DNA from: Dehalococcoidia bacterium
GTDB taxonomy: Bacteria > Chloroflexota > Dehalococcoidia > SHYB01
Length of the DNA stretch: 64,000 nt
NCBI GenBank assembly: GCA_965220155.1
Contig: OZ244810.1
Span: forward strand, 32,279-96,278
Direction of reading: 5' to 3'
Below, piece by piece: positions 37,310-47,284 of this stretch. The first letter of the stretch is position 1, and each line of letters starts with the position of its first letter. Position numbers and translations under genes: made by a program. The notes under the pieces are model-generated. The model searched no databases. It saw only the letters and a list, made by a program, of their open reading frames with translations, and was not told the origin of the DNA.

Positions 37310-37753
37310 ATGATCAAACGAGTCGACCACGCACATATCGTCGTCCAGGACATGGACAAGAGCATTGACTTCTATACTCGCGTGCTGGGATTTAGGCTCG
37401 TGCGGCGGGTGCAATTCGGCCCGGACGACGGGCGGAGGGAGCTGGCCTACGTGGCGCTTGGGGAATTCATGCTTGAATTCGTTCAGCCGGCGCACGACGG
37501 GGAGTTCCGAGGAACGGAAGCGCGGCCCCTCGGGCTGGCTGTCGACGACCTGGACAGCACGATGGAACGCTTCAGGGACATGGGCGTGGACATCGCCGCC
37601 GAGCCCGCCCCCTCTTTCTCGTTTACGGGGCGCCAGGCGGTGATCCGTGACCCCAGCGGGCTCGCCATCGAGGTGCGGCAGTACGGCCCGGCAGACAGCC
37701 CGTTGAGCCAGGACTGGCAACCGACCCGCGCCGACGTCGTCCGGATGGCCTGA
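37310..37753 (+). CDS. VOC family (glyoxalase/bleomycin-resistance/dioxygenase fold) protein
   Basis: MIKRVDHAHIVVQDMDKSIDFYTRVLGFRLV, the VOC beta-alpha-beta-beta-beta module. Confidence 0.8.
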   Translation: MIKRVDHAHIVVQDMDKSIDFYTRVLGFRLVRRVQFGPDDGRRELAYVALGEFMLEFVQPAHDGEFRGTEARPLGLAVDDLDSTMERFRDMGVDIAAEPAPSFSFTGRQAVIRDPSGLAIEVRQYGPADSPLSQDWQPTRADVVRMA

Positions 37754-37786
37754 CGCCGCGGGGCCGGAGCCGAAAGGAGGATAGGC

Positions 37787-38668
37787 ATGAAAATCGGTGT
37801 TTCGGTGCCCATTACCGAGATCGGACACGACCTCGGAGCGGTCCGAGAGTTCGTTCAAGCGGCTGAGGACCTGGGGTATGCACACGTCCGCATCCTCGAG
37901 CATGTGATCGGGGCGGTGCCCGATCTGCATCCGGAGCACCCCTTCTTCCCCTATACGGACAAGACAATCATGCACGAGCCCTTCACCCTGATGGGCTACC
38001 TGGCAGCGCTGACGGAGCGAGTGGAGCTGGTAACGGGAATCCTCATTCTGCCCCAGAGACAGACCGCCCTGGTGGCCAAGCAGGCTGCCGCGGTCGACGT
38101 GTTGAGCGGTGGGAGGCTCCGCCTCGGTATCGGTGTGGGATGGAATCCTGTCGAGTACGAAGCGCTGGGTCAAGACTTTCACAACAGGGGACGAAGGGTC
38201 GAGGAGCAGATGGAACTGTTGCGGCTCTTCTGGACGCAGGAAGTGGTGACTTTCGAGGGGAAATGGCACAAGGTCACCGCCGCTGGAATCAACCCATTGC
38301 CGGTCCAGCGACCGATTCCCATATGGATCGGAGTTGGGACCTCCCGCACCCCGGTCCCTCCCGAGGCAGCCTTGCGAAGGATCGGCCGGATGGCCGATGG
38401 TTGGATGCCGATCTTTGGACTGGACGAAGCGGGACGGGAGCTGATCGGCCGCGTGCACGGCTACGCGCGAGAGGCCGGCAGGGACCCCGCGGACATCGGC
38501 CTCGAGGGGCGCATCAGCCCCTCGCCAGGCACCGGCCCCGACGACTGGGTCGCCGAGGCCGGAGCATGGGAAGCCGCCGGGGCAACGCATCTGTCCGTTG
38601 GGTCGAGTAACCGGTCGCCGGCCGAGCACATCGATACCATCAGGAAGGTCAAGGAAGCGGTGAGCTAG
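37787..38668 (+). CDS. LLM class F420/flavin-dependent oxidoreductase
   Basis: A paralogue of 670..1578 (GRLRLGIGVGWNPVEYEALG...FEGKWHKVTAAGINPLPVQRPIPIWIG is near-identical in both). Confidence 0.85.
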   Translation: MKIGVSVPITEIGHDLGAVREFVQAAEDLGYAHVRILEHVIGAVPDLHPEHPFFPYTDKTIMHEPFTLMGYLAALTERVELVTGILILPQRQTALVAKQAAAVDVLSGGRLRLGIGVGWNPVEYEALGQDFHNRGRRVEEQMELLRLFWTQEVVTFEGKWHKVTAAGINPLPVQRPIPIWIGVGTSRTPVPPEAALRRIGRMADGWMPIFGLDEAGRELIGRVHGYAREAGRDPADIGLEGRISPSPGTGPDDWVAEAGAWEAAGATHLSVGSSNRSPAEHIDTIRKVKEAVS

Positions 38669-38866
38669 AGACCTCCGCTGCGTCCCCGCAGATTAGCCCG
38701 GCCCGGTTACGGCCCCAATGGCCGTCCCAAGGACCGTGGGCTTCCAGGCGATCACTGGGAGCCAGCGCCGCCAGCCACCGACCGCCTCCGATGAAGTTGG
38801 GTCTTGACCTTCACTGGCACGGGCGCCGCGGCAACCGCGTGACGCCTGCAGCACCCCCAAACACTG

Positions 38867-41800
38867 CTAGATGGACACCGGGAAGGTCGCGCATTCCCCG
38901 GTCGCAGAGAACCATAGCCCTACTTCCTTGACCGGCACCCCGGCTGCCGAAAGCGCCCTCGCATATGCCCTGATCTGAGGGTCGTAGCGCCGCTGGAGCT
39001 CCTCCAGACGCCCGTCCAGCTGGTCGGTCTTGTAGTCGACGATCACCCACCCACCCGGCTCCTCGAACGCGAGGTCGACGAAACCTTCGATGTAGGTCTC
39101 CCCATCGAACGAGGCCACTGGCATTTCACGAATAATTCTCCTCGCCGTGTTGACCCGCCCCATGAATCTGCTGGTCAAGATCTTGTCCACGTGCGACGAG
39201 ACCTCCGCAGCAAGGCCTAGGGCTCCCCTTTCGCGGCATAGCCGCTGGGTCCACGCGGCGACGCTGGCCGGGTCGTTGAAATCGCTCCGAAAGAGGACCT
39301 CGTGGACCAGGGAACCGCGCTGCCTCGCCGCAGCCGACGCCACGAAGAGCAGGCCTTCCGCGCCCGAGGTTGCTCCCAGAGCGCGCTGGGTCTCCGCCTG
39401 AAGGTTCGAGTCGCGTTCATCCTCGCTTCGGTCCTTGGGCTCGGTCTCCCGAGGCTCTTTGGTCTCATCGGCCGCGAGCTGGGAAGGCACAACGAAACTG
39501 GGTCCTTGGGCGATCAATCCATGGATGCGTTCCGACCGTTCCATCCAACGCGCTGCCAGGTCCGGCAAGACCTCGGTCGCAGGCGGGTGTTTGGCGGCCT
39601 CGCCCCGCAGGTCGCTTTCGAATATGACCTGGGCACCCGCGAAGGTCGGCCTTTCCTGCTGGCCCGCGACATCGTTCCAAGACGGGACGGCACCAAGATA
39701 GGCATGTTTACCGGGGTACTTCTCTGGGAGGAACCGGGGGACCACCAGGTAGTCCCGGGCCCTTGTGGCGGCCACATAGAGCAAGCGCCGGGCCTCTGCC
39801 TCCTGGTAAATCGATTCCTTCACCCATGCCCTCTCAAACCCGGGAGTGCAGAAGCGCCGGTCTGCAGGCCCAACCTCGAACTCGAGCCGGCCGGCATCCC
39901 GGTCAACGACCACGTTGTGCCGGCCAGGCGCCTCGGCCCCCGCCATTTTGGCAAGGATAACCACTGGGAATTCCAGTCCCTTGGCCCCATGCACCGTCAT
40001 GATGCGGACCACATTGTCATCGGTCTCGTTGATCTGCGACTCGCCTACCCGTGACCCCGCTTGCTGCCGGTCCGAGAGCCAGCGGATGAATGGTCGCAGC
40101 GAGTCTACGCCGTTCGAGGCGAAGTCCATCGCTCGCTGCACCATGAGCTTCAGATTGGCTGCCCGCTGCCTCTCCGGCCCCGACAGCAGCCGTGTTTCGA
40201 CCAGGAAGCTGTCCCGCACTACCAGGTCGATGAACGACGGCAGGCCAAGCCGCGCTTTCTGGTCGTACAAGGACCGAAGTCTCCGCAACGCCTCCGCGAC
40301 CGGGCCGTCCTCAACCCCAGGGGACAGCAGGTCGAATCGGCCTCCCTTCACTCGGAATTGCAGCAGCTCGTCATCCGCGCAGGCATAGGCTTCGGACTTG
40401 AGGGCAGCCACCAGCGACACCTGATCGCTGGGATCGTCTAGGGCCCGCAGGATGGCGCCGACATCCCTCACCTCCTGCCGTTCGAAGAAATCGCGGCCCC
40501 CATCAAGCGTGTAGGGCACCGCGTAACGGCCAAGCGCTTCCGTGTAGAGGTCTATCGAGGTCCTGGTCTCGACCAAGATACAGATATCGGCGAAGGTCAG
40601 AGGTCTGCGTGGCCCGACCCCCTGGGGGTCCTCGCTCATCATCCAGTCCGTGGCCCCAGCCATCCAGACGGCCAGTCTGGCAATGGCATCAGCCTCCGCC
40701 GCCCGCACATCCGCCATCTTCTCGTCTCGGAGGTCGCCCCTAGGGTACAGGTGGACCACCCGGGGGCCATCGTCCGGACGGAAGGGCTCAATTCTCGTGT
40801 ACTCGGGCTGCGAGGCCGGATAGTTCTCATTCTTGGAAATCACTATTAAAAACAGCTCGTTCACCCAATGGACGACCGACGGTACTGACCTGAAATTCTG
40901 AGAAAGACGCTCCACGCGAGCTGGAAACCCCTCCTTCACATGTCTCCGGAAGATGTTCACGGCTGTTTCGAAGGCGTCGATGTCAGCCCGCCGGAATCGG
41001 TAGATCGATTGCTTGGGGTCGCCGACCAGAAACAGCTTCCCGGGAGCAATCGCAACGTCCTGCCATCTGCCGTTTCCCTCTGGGCCATCGGCATTCCCGG
41101 CCATCAGGAAAACGATCTCGGCTTGTAGCGGGTCGGTATCCTGGAACTCATCCACGAGGATGTACCGGTAGCGCTCCCGCAGGTAGCGCCGGACGGATGC
41201 GTCTTTTCTCACGAGGTTGCGGGCCTCGATCAGGAGGTCCTCGAAATTCAGCTCTCCTTCACCAATTCGGTCGGCGGCCGACGCCTGTACGAATCCGGCG
41301 AGAGTTGGGACGAGGCGGGCGATGGCGGCCTGCCGCAAGGTGGACTTGCAGGCTTCGAGCGCTTTGGCTATGCCCTCCAGGCCAAGAAGAAAGGCCTCCG
41401 AGTCGGCGCGGTCCCGCCAATTCGCCCTTCTGGGGCGCCGCGATTTCCACACCAGGTTGCCAAGGCCATGTTCGATCTGCCTTTGAGTGTGATCTTCCAG
41501 TTGTTTCAACTCGCCTCTGACTGTGTGAAAGGCCGCAAGCGCCTGATCGCTGGTGTTGGCGCACTGGGCAGTCAAAGGCAGCAACGCGTCACACTTTTTC
41601 AGAAGCTCAGCAAGTGCTCGAGGAGCATCCGGCACTGGGGGGTTCCCGGAGCCGACGCCGACTTCCCGGAAGCCTCCGATGTCCCGGGCCACGCCTCGAA
41701 TGGTCCTAAGGGGCAGCCCCAGATCGAGGCAGCGCTCCAGAGCCGACAGGTCATCCCCATCGATTCCGCTCAGCCAGTCTCGCCACCGTTCCTCGAAATC

Positions 41801-42238
41801 CAGCTCGTCACCGATCTCATCGAGCTGCCGGAAGTTCGGGTCGATCCGGGCCTCCAGGGGTCTTTCCCGGAGAATACTGGACGCAAATGCATGAATGGTC
41901 TCGATGTGGGCCTCATCCTGACCCTGGAGCGCCCGGTAATACCTTTGACGCTCTTGGCCTTTGCTTTCGTCATGGCCCGAATGCAGCGCCTCTCTGATCC
42001 GAGCACGGAGCTCGCCAGCCGCTTTTTCGGTGAACGTGATGACCAGCACCTGCTGGATCTCAGCCTTCCCCTGCCTCACAATCTCGGCAACACGGTCGAC
42101 CAGGACGCGGGTCTTTCCAGTCCCGGCGCCCGCCTCGAGGAACCAGCTTGTACTCAGGTCGCGGGATGCGGCTTGCCGGACCTCCTGGTCAATCACGTTT
42201 GCCACGTTCGCAATCACCCCTGGCGAAGATCCTTCCAA
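38867..42238 (-). CDS. addA: UvrD/AddA-type ATP-dependent helicase with C-terminal PD-(D/E)xK (RecB-like) nuclease
   Basis: Walker A GAGTGKT, UvrD helicase motifs, and the C-terminal nuclease motif GFVDLAFEEPGGWVIVDYKTD. Confidence 0.85.
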   Translation of the reverse strand: MEGSSPGVIANVANVIDQEVRQAASRDLSTSWFLEAGAGTGKTRVLVDRVAEIVRQGKAEIQQVLVITFTEKAAGELRARIREALHSGHDESKGQERQRYYRALQGQDEAHIETIHAFASSILRERPLEARIDPNFRQLDEIGDELDFEERWRDWLSGIDGDDLSALERCLDLGLPLRTIRGVARDIGGFREVGVGSGNPPVPDAPRALAELLKKCDALLPLTAQCANTSDQALAAFHTVRGELKQLEDHTQRQIEHGLGNLVWKSRRPRRANWRDRADSEAFLLGLEGIAKALEACKSTLRQAAIARLVPTLAGFVQASAADRIGEGELNFEDLLIEARNLVRKDASVRRYLRERYRYILVDEFQDTDPLQAEIVFLMAGNADGPEGNGRWQDVAIAPGKLFLVGDPKQSIYRFRRADIDAFETAVNIFRRHVKEGFPARVERLSQNFRSVPSVVHWVNELFLIVISKNENYPASQPEYTRIEPFRPDDGPRVVHLYPRGDLRDEKMADVRAAEADAIARLAVWMAGATDWMMSEDPQGVGPRRPLTFADICILVETRTSIDLYTEALGRYAVPYTLDGGRDFFERQEVRDVGAILRALDDPSDQVSLVAALKSEAYACADDELLQFRVKGGRFDLLSPGVEDGPVAEALRRLRSLYDQKARLGLPSFIDLVVRDSFLVETRLLSGPERQRAANLKLMVQRAMDFASNGVDSLRPFIRWLSDRQQAGSRVGESQINETDDNVVRIMTVHGAKGLEFPVVILAKMAGAEAPGRHNVVVDRDAGRLEFEVGPADRRFCTPGFERAWVKESIYQEAEARRLLYVAATRARDYLVVPRFLPEKYPGKHAYLGAVPSWNDVAGQQERPTFAGAQVIFESDLRGEAAKHPPATEVLPDLAARWMERSERIHGLIAQGPSFVVPSQLAADETKEPRETEPKDRSEDERDSNLQAETQRALGATSGAEGLLFVASAAARQRGSLVHEVLFRSDFNDPASVAAWTQRLCRERGALGLAAEVSSHVDKILTSRFMGRVNTARRIIREMPVASFDGETYIEGFVDLAFEEPGGWVIVDYKTDQLDGRLEELQRRYDPQIRAYARALSAAGVPVKEVGLWFSATGECATFPVSI

Positions 42239-45200
42239 TGCGTCGTCAGGTCGGCGCTGCCCGGCGCCTTTCGTGTCATGTACCGCTCGACCTGACCGTG
42301 ACAGACCGTTTCGAAGTCACAGAACTTGCAATTCTTCCCTTCCGCGCCTGGCCAATAGAAGAAGTTGCCGCTAGCGATACCCTCGAACATGAGCTGGAGG
42401 ACGACCGGAAAGCGCTCGTCCGCCGCTAGCTCGTCTCCGGTGAGCGTGACCGTTTCGAACTTCCCCCTTCGGCTCACGTGATGAAACTCGGCTCTGGAGC
42501 CTTGGAGGGGTTCCCCGTTCTCTGCGCATGCCGCCATGAGGTACATCGGGAGCTGAAGGTGCTCGCCTTTTTGGTAGCCTAACTTGGTCTCACGCGCCTG
42601 GCCCGTCTTGTAGTCGACCACCCTCAACGATTCGCTGCTTCGGTCTACTCGGTCGATCAACCCGCGCATCATGAGCCGCCCGGAGCCTGCAGACAGCGCG
42701 ACCCGCCGGAACTCTTGTTCAACCCCCACGGGCCGCCACCCAGCTTCGGCCCGCCGCCGCTCTTGGATGAGATATTCCAGAAGGTCCTCTTCGATCTCCT
42801 CCAGGTCGATCTGCCACGTGAAGGGCAGCCCCTTGGACCTGCGTGGCAATTTGCCCGCCTCGTCCTCCAGGACCTCCCGCAAAGGTGTCTTTCCCTCGTC
42901 GAGGAGCCTCTTCCAATCGCGGCCGTTGTCGATGGTCAATCTTGCGAATCGCTCAAGCACACGATGGACGAAGGACCCGCGCTCGGCCGGGTCGATCTCC
43001 AAGGCTTCCTCCGGCTCGGTATTCGGCTGAACGCCCAGGACCCGAGATAGAAAGAAGCGGTAGGGGCAGACCGCGTAGGCCGACAGGCCAGTGGCGGAGA
43101 GGTCCTGGTCCAGGACCCCGGACTCAGCCACCAGGCGGGCAGGCACTATCCCATCAAAGGCTCCGAAGCGGCGCGCGCCCCGCTCGCGTCGGAAGCGCCG
43201 GACATCGTCGATCCGCGGCCAGAGTTGTTCGATGCTCGGGACTCCCGCGGCGCCCGCCCGGTCAAGCACGTGGTAGCGCAGGTCCGAAGCATCAAGGGCC
43301 CGGAGCGCATCATCGGGGGCCCGTCCATGAAAGCCGACCCTACTCGGCAGCCTTTGGAACCAGGGTGGCGACTCATGCTCGATGGACTCGACACTCTTGA
43401 ACCCTCCCGTGATCCTCGTCGCCTGCTCAAGCAACATCCCCGACGGCAGACGTGGAGGCCCGGACAACTCCGTTCGCCTCGAGTAGCTCAGCGTCAGCCG
43501 CTCGGAGGCGGACTGGCGGGCGATCTCGAAGAGCAACCTCTCCTCCGACAGGCGCCGGGCTTTCACGGGGAGCTTGGCAACCCCAGAAGCCATATTGATG
43601 TCGCGGCGTTCGTCGTCCAGAAGAATCGGGTCTTGCCGGATTACGGGAGGGAATACCCGTTCAGCGCACTCCAACAGATACACTCTCCGGAAACGGAGCC
43701 AACGGGCGGCCCCGACGGATCCCAGGAACACTCCATCGCGCTGGAAGTAGCCACCCCTGAGGGTCGCCCTCCGTATTCCAGTCTCAGCACTATCGCGAAA
43801 CACCTCCGTGGTGCAGGGGATACCGAGCCGGTCGTAGGTCCCGAGGACCTCCAGCCTGCCCCTGATAGCCTCGAGCGCTTCCGCATCGCGAGATGACAAC
43901 AGCGTTTTCTGAAGGAGCTCGATCAGCCACGTCGTCATCGACGTCCAGTCCGGCATTGCCTTCGACCGCGATGCCTCCCGTCCAAGGGCAGCAACGACAG
44001 ATCTCAGGGTCCCGGCATTCTCCAGCCGCCGCTCCTGCCACGGCTCACGCTCGGCGTTTTGCAGGACTTCGATGCCAACGTCCAGCAGTCTGAGGAAGTC
44101 ATCCCAGCCTTTCACCAAGCCGAAGTCCTTGCTCAGAATCTCCCAGGACCCGGGACGCGGTGTGAGGCCGGCTTCGATCCAGCTCAAGTCGATACACGGC
44201 AGTGACAGCAGCTCCAGCAACCCGCCCCGGGTGGGCTCGCCGCAGAGGAGGTCCACCAACATCAGGCTTGCCTTCCCGACTGCCGTGCGGCGCACCGGGC
44301 GCCCGGAAGCGAGGTAGAACGGTAGCCGCGCCCTTTCGATGACACCGGCCAACAGCTCGTCATAGCTCTGGTCCAGGTGATGCAGGATGGCGATCTCCGA
44401 GAGGGGGACCCCGTCCTCGACATCTGTCAGCACCCGGCGCACCACCTCTTCAGCCTCGGCGTGCCGGTCCGAGCCGGAGAACATGACACACCCGGCGTCG
44501 GATGCCGAGCCCACGGTTTCCGAGAGGGCAACCTCAAATCCCACGGATCGCAAGTCACGGACGAGCGCACCCGAGAACTCGAACGACGCTTCCCCTTCTC
44601 TCCAGGGGAGGAAGAAGGTCACGTCGCGCCCCGTACTCAGCCGCATGAGGAGTGCGAGCTGGACCGCATTCAATTCGTAGATCCCGTAGACAAGGACGGG
44701 ACCCGCGACCGCGCGTCCGACAGCCTCTCCGGTGGCCGAGATCGCCGACTCAAAGAGAGACGTCCGGTCAACAAACTCGGCTACGCGGGCCTGGAATTGT
44801 TCATACACGGCTGCCAGCGCCTGAAGTTTCCGAGACCCGGAGGCCGCTTTTCTTACCGCTTGAGGCTGGACCCTGCCCTCCCGCAGGTCTCTGATCGTTG
44901 AAGAGACCGCGTCGGCCAGGCCCTTGGCGTCCGTGCTGAGCGGGGAGTCAGGGCCATTGAGGCCCTGCTCCCTGAAAATCGCCCCGACCAGCAGCCCTTC
45001 TCCACCTTCGGGCAGCGGCTCCAGCGGCCGGTTGGGGGCCGCGGCCATGTGGACTTCGCCCGCCAGGTCGAGGAGCGTCAGGAACCGGATATTGGCGACC
45101 GCGCCCCTGGTGCGCGCCAATATCCGGCGCAGGTAGATGTGCTGGAGATTGGAGCCCACGATCACAGTCAACGGAGCCAGAGGGTCCAGCCCTCTAGCCC

Positions 45201-45288
45201 TAGAGACAGCCTCGACGAAGCCCTCTTCGAGGGATTCAAGGCTGGTATCGTGAATGACCCTTTTCAAAGCCGGCCGCCCGTCTGTCAC
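42214..45288 (-). CDS. addB: AddB-like PD-(D/E)xK nuclease subunit of helicase-nuclease complex
   Basis: C-terminal VVDYKTGQ nuclease motif followed by Cys-rich CKFCDFETVCHG (Fe-S). Overlaps addA by 25 nt. Confidence 0.8.
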   Translation of the reverse strand: MTDGRPALKRVIHDTSLESLEEGFVEAVSRARGLDPLAPLTVIVGSNLQHIYLRRILARTRGAVANIRFLTLLDLAGEVHMAAAPNRPLEPLPEGGEGLLVGAIFREQGLNGPDSPLSTDAKGLADAVSSTIRDLREGRVQPQAVRKAASGSRKLQALAAVYEQFQARVAEFVDRTSLFESAISATGEAVGRAVAGPVLVYGIYELNAVQLALLMRLSTGRDVTFFLPWREGEASFEFSGALVRDLRSVGFEVALSETVGSASDAGCVMFSGSDRHAEAEEVVRRVLTDVEDGVPLSEIAILHHLDQSYDELLAGVIERARLPFYLASGRPVRRTAVGKASLMLVDLLCGEPTRGGLLELLSLPCIDLSWIEAGLTPRPGSWEILSKDFGLVKGWDDFLRLLDVGIEVLQNAEREPWQERRLENAGTLRSVVAALGREASRSKAMPDWTSMTTWLIELLQKTLLSSRDAEALEAIRGRLEVLGTYDRLGIPCTTEVFRDSAETGIRRATLRGGYFQRDGVFLGSVGAARWLRFRRVYLLECAERVFPPVIRQDPILLDDERRDINMASGVAKLPVKARRLSEERLLFEIARQSASERLTLSYSRRTELSGPPRLPSGMLLEQATRITGGFKSVESIEHESPPWFQRLPSRVGFHGRAPDDALRALDASDLRYHVLDRAGAAGVPSIEQLWPRIDDVRRFRRERGARRFGAFDGIVPARLVAESGVLDQDLSATGLSAYAVCPYRFFLSRVLGVQPNTEPEEALEIDPAERGSFVHRVLERFARLTIDNGRDWKRLLDEGKTPLREVLEDEAGKLPRRSKGLPFTWQIDLEEIEEDLLEYLIQERRRAEAGWRPVGVEQEFRRVALSAGSGRLMMRGLIDRVDRSSESLRVVDYKTGQARETKLGYQKGEHLQLPMYLMAACAENGEPLQGSRAEFHHVSRRGKFETVTLTGDELAADERFPVVLQLMFEGIASGNFFYWPGAEGKNCKFCDFETVCHGQVERYMTRKAPGSADLTTHWKDLRQG

Positions 45289-45528
45289 CGTTTCGCAGCG
45301 ATATGGGCGCCAGTCTAGCAGGGAAATGGGTTGGAGCCCTAGCCAGATTTGGCGGTCCTATCTGAAAGACGAGCCGACGCTGCCGCAGCGGGCGCTAAGG
45401 ACCGGTCTTACGGCTAGCGGGGCCGCCTACCTAACGATTCCGGAGCTGCAGCCGGGCTTCTCGCGACTCAACGAGAGTACCGGATTCATGCCGATTGTGC
45501 GCCTGACATTCGGCCAACGGCCGACGTG

Positions 45529-47040
45529 CTACAAAGTCCCTCTGGACTCGCCGCGCTCCAGCAGTTTGATGCCTGCTCCGTAGGTTGCGACGCTCGACAG
45601 GCTTTTGTATTGCCTCAGGAACCGGGAGACGCTGCGCCGCGTGGCGGCGACCTCGCCCAGCATCTTCCGGCCCCGCGCCAAGCCCCCAGCCCCCACAGCT
45701 TGCCACAGGGAGGAGTACTCCTCATAGAACGAGAGAGGGGACAGCCGAGTAGGGAGCACGCTGTGCAGAAAATCGAAGAACCGGGACTCTCGGGTAATGA
45801 GGCTCGACTGGGTCTTCTCCCATTGGGAGGTGCCCGGCAGCGGCGTCAAGATCGTGAATTGGGGAAATTCGATTCCTAGGTCAAGGACGCTGCGCTTCAG
45901 GTGGTCGAAGTTCTCCTTGGCCCAGTCCTGGAATACGAGCACGCCACCCCATATCCGCACCCCAAGTCCGTGAAGGATCTTGATGGCCTCGACATTGTCG
46001 GTGGGCTTCGTACCCTTCTGGACCGAGTTCAGTTCACCCTGATCGAAGGCCTCCAGACCAATCAATACCGTGTCGAGCCCGGCCCGCGCCCATTTCTCAA
46101 ACTTCTTTGGGTTCCGGACCACGTTGTCCGCCCTCACCTGCATCCAGTACCGATGCCCGGCGTTAAGGTCCGACACTTGGTCCGCGAGGTCCGACATCGG
46201 GTCGTAGTGGGGCGGATAGTGTTTCCGGACGGAGGCTGGCACCTCCTGAATCGCCAGGTCGTCCACTACGTTGACCCACGACTTCGTGGGCAGGCTGGCC
46301 AGCTCCTGGAGTGTCCTTTCGTTTCCCTGCACCGCGTAGTTCCCCCGGTGGAACTCGTGCACGGAGCAAAAGTTGCATCGGTAGATACATCCCCTGGCTA
46401 TTTCGATCGAATACGGGTTCTCGTGGTACAGGAAGTAATAGTCATCCCGATAATGGTCGACAAGATGCCTTGCTGGAGTGGGACGAGCGTTCATCGCGGT
46501 ATCGTCGAAGGTCTTGAGAGCGGTCTTCGGCCCCCACACGGCGCATGAGGCATCGAAGGCCCCATCACGACGCCGGTAGATGACGTTCTGGGTCCGGCCC
46601 TTGGGCTCAGCTCTCTGGAGGTCCTCGATCAGGGACTTGAGCGTCCACTCACCTTCACCCGTGACGATGGCATCCACGTCGGGGAGGTAGGCGTCCTCTG
46701 GCTGCAAGGAGACATGATGCCCACCTACGACCACGCCGATCGACCGGTCCAGCTTCTTGACCTGCCTGGCTATCTCGCGGACGCTTTCGACGTCGACGGT
46801 GTAGTTCTCACGAATCCCGACGAAATCGGCCTGGTATTCGTTGAGCACCTGCTCGACGGACCTTGGGTCCACACGCATGTCAAGAATCCGGACCTCGGCC
46901 ACGTCCTGGAGGCCCCCCGCGATGTACTCGAGGCCTAAGGGCTCGACCACCACGGTGGCGTTGAAGCCAACCGTGAGGCTATTGGGAGGTTCGATAAGCA
47001 GGACCTTCCGAGGGTTATGGCAAAACGCGGAGGACGTCAT
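45529..47040 (-). CDS. B12-binding domain-containing radical SAM protein (class B radical SAM)
   Basis: N-terminal cobalamin-binding Rossmann region followed by CIYRCNFCS (CxxxCxxC). Substrate unknown. Confidence 0.85.
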   Translation of the reverse strand: MTSSAFCHNPRKVLLIEPPNSLTVGFNATVVVEPLGLEYIAGGLQDVAEVRILDMRVDPRSVEQVLNEYQADFVGIRENYTVDVESVREIARQVKKLDRSIGVVVGGHHVSLQPEDAYLPDVDAIVTGEGEWTLKSLIEDLQRAEPKGRTQNVIYRRRDGAFDASCAVWGPKTALKTFDDTAMNARPTPARHLVDHYRDDYYFLYHENPYSIEIARGCIYRCNFCSVHEFHRGNYAVQGNERTLQELASLPTKSWVNVVDDLAIQEVPASVRKHYPPHYDPMSDLADQVSDLNAGHRYWMQVRADNVVRNPKKFEKWARAGLDTVLIGLEAFDQGELNSVQKGTKPTDNVEAIKILHGLGVRIWGGVLVFQDWAKENFDHLKRSVLDLGIEFPQFTILTPLPGTSQWEKTQSSLITRESRFFDFLHSVLPTRLSPLSFYEEYSSLWQAVGAGGLARGRKMLGEVAATRRSVSRFLRQYKSLSSVATYGAGIKLLERGESRGTL

Positions 47041-47284
47041 TTCAGGTCACCGGGTGATCGCAGGGTCCATAGCGGCACGGTCTCATCCACGAAGCGGCGC
47101 ACTGAACGGGAGACACGTGGCTTGACGCGGGGATGGGTTGTTAGCAGCGGTCGAGCTCGTTTCTCAGGGACGCGATCGATATGAGAACCTCTTCTGCCAG
47201 GCCACCCTCAAGGAGTGCTCAAGCTCAAGCTCAGGCTATTATAACCGGTATGGAGGCTCCCCGTCATCGCAGAGGTATTCGGGT

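Noticed and set aside
37247-38629. 460-aa minus-strand ORF
   Set aside because: Antisense to the VOC and LLM genes, which have clear motifs and RBSs.
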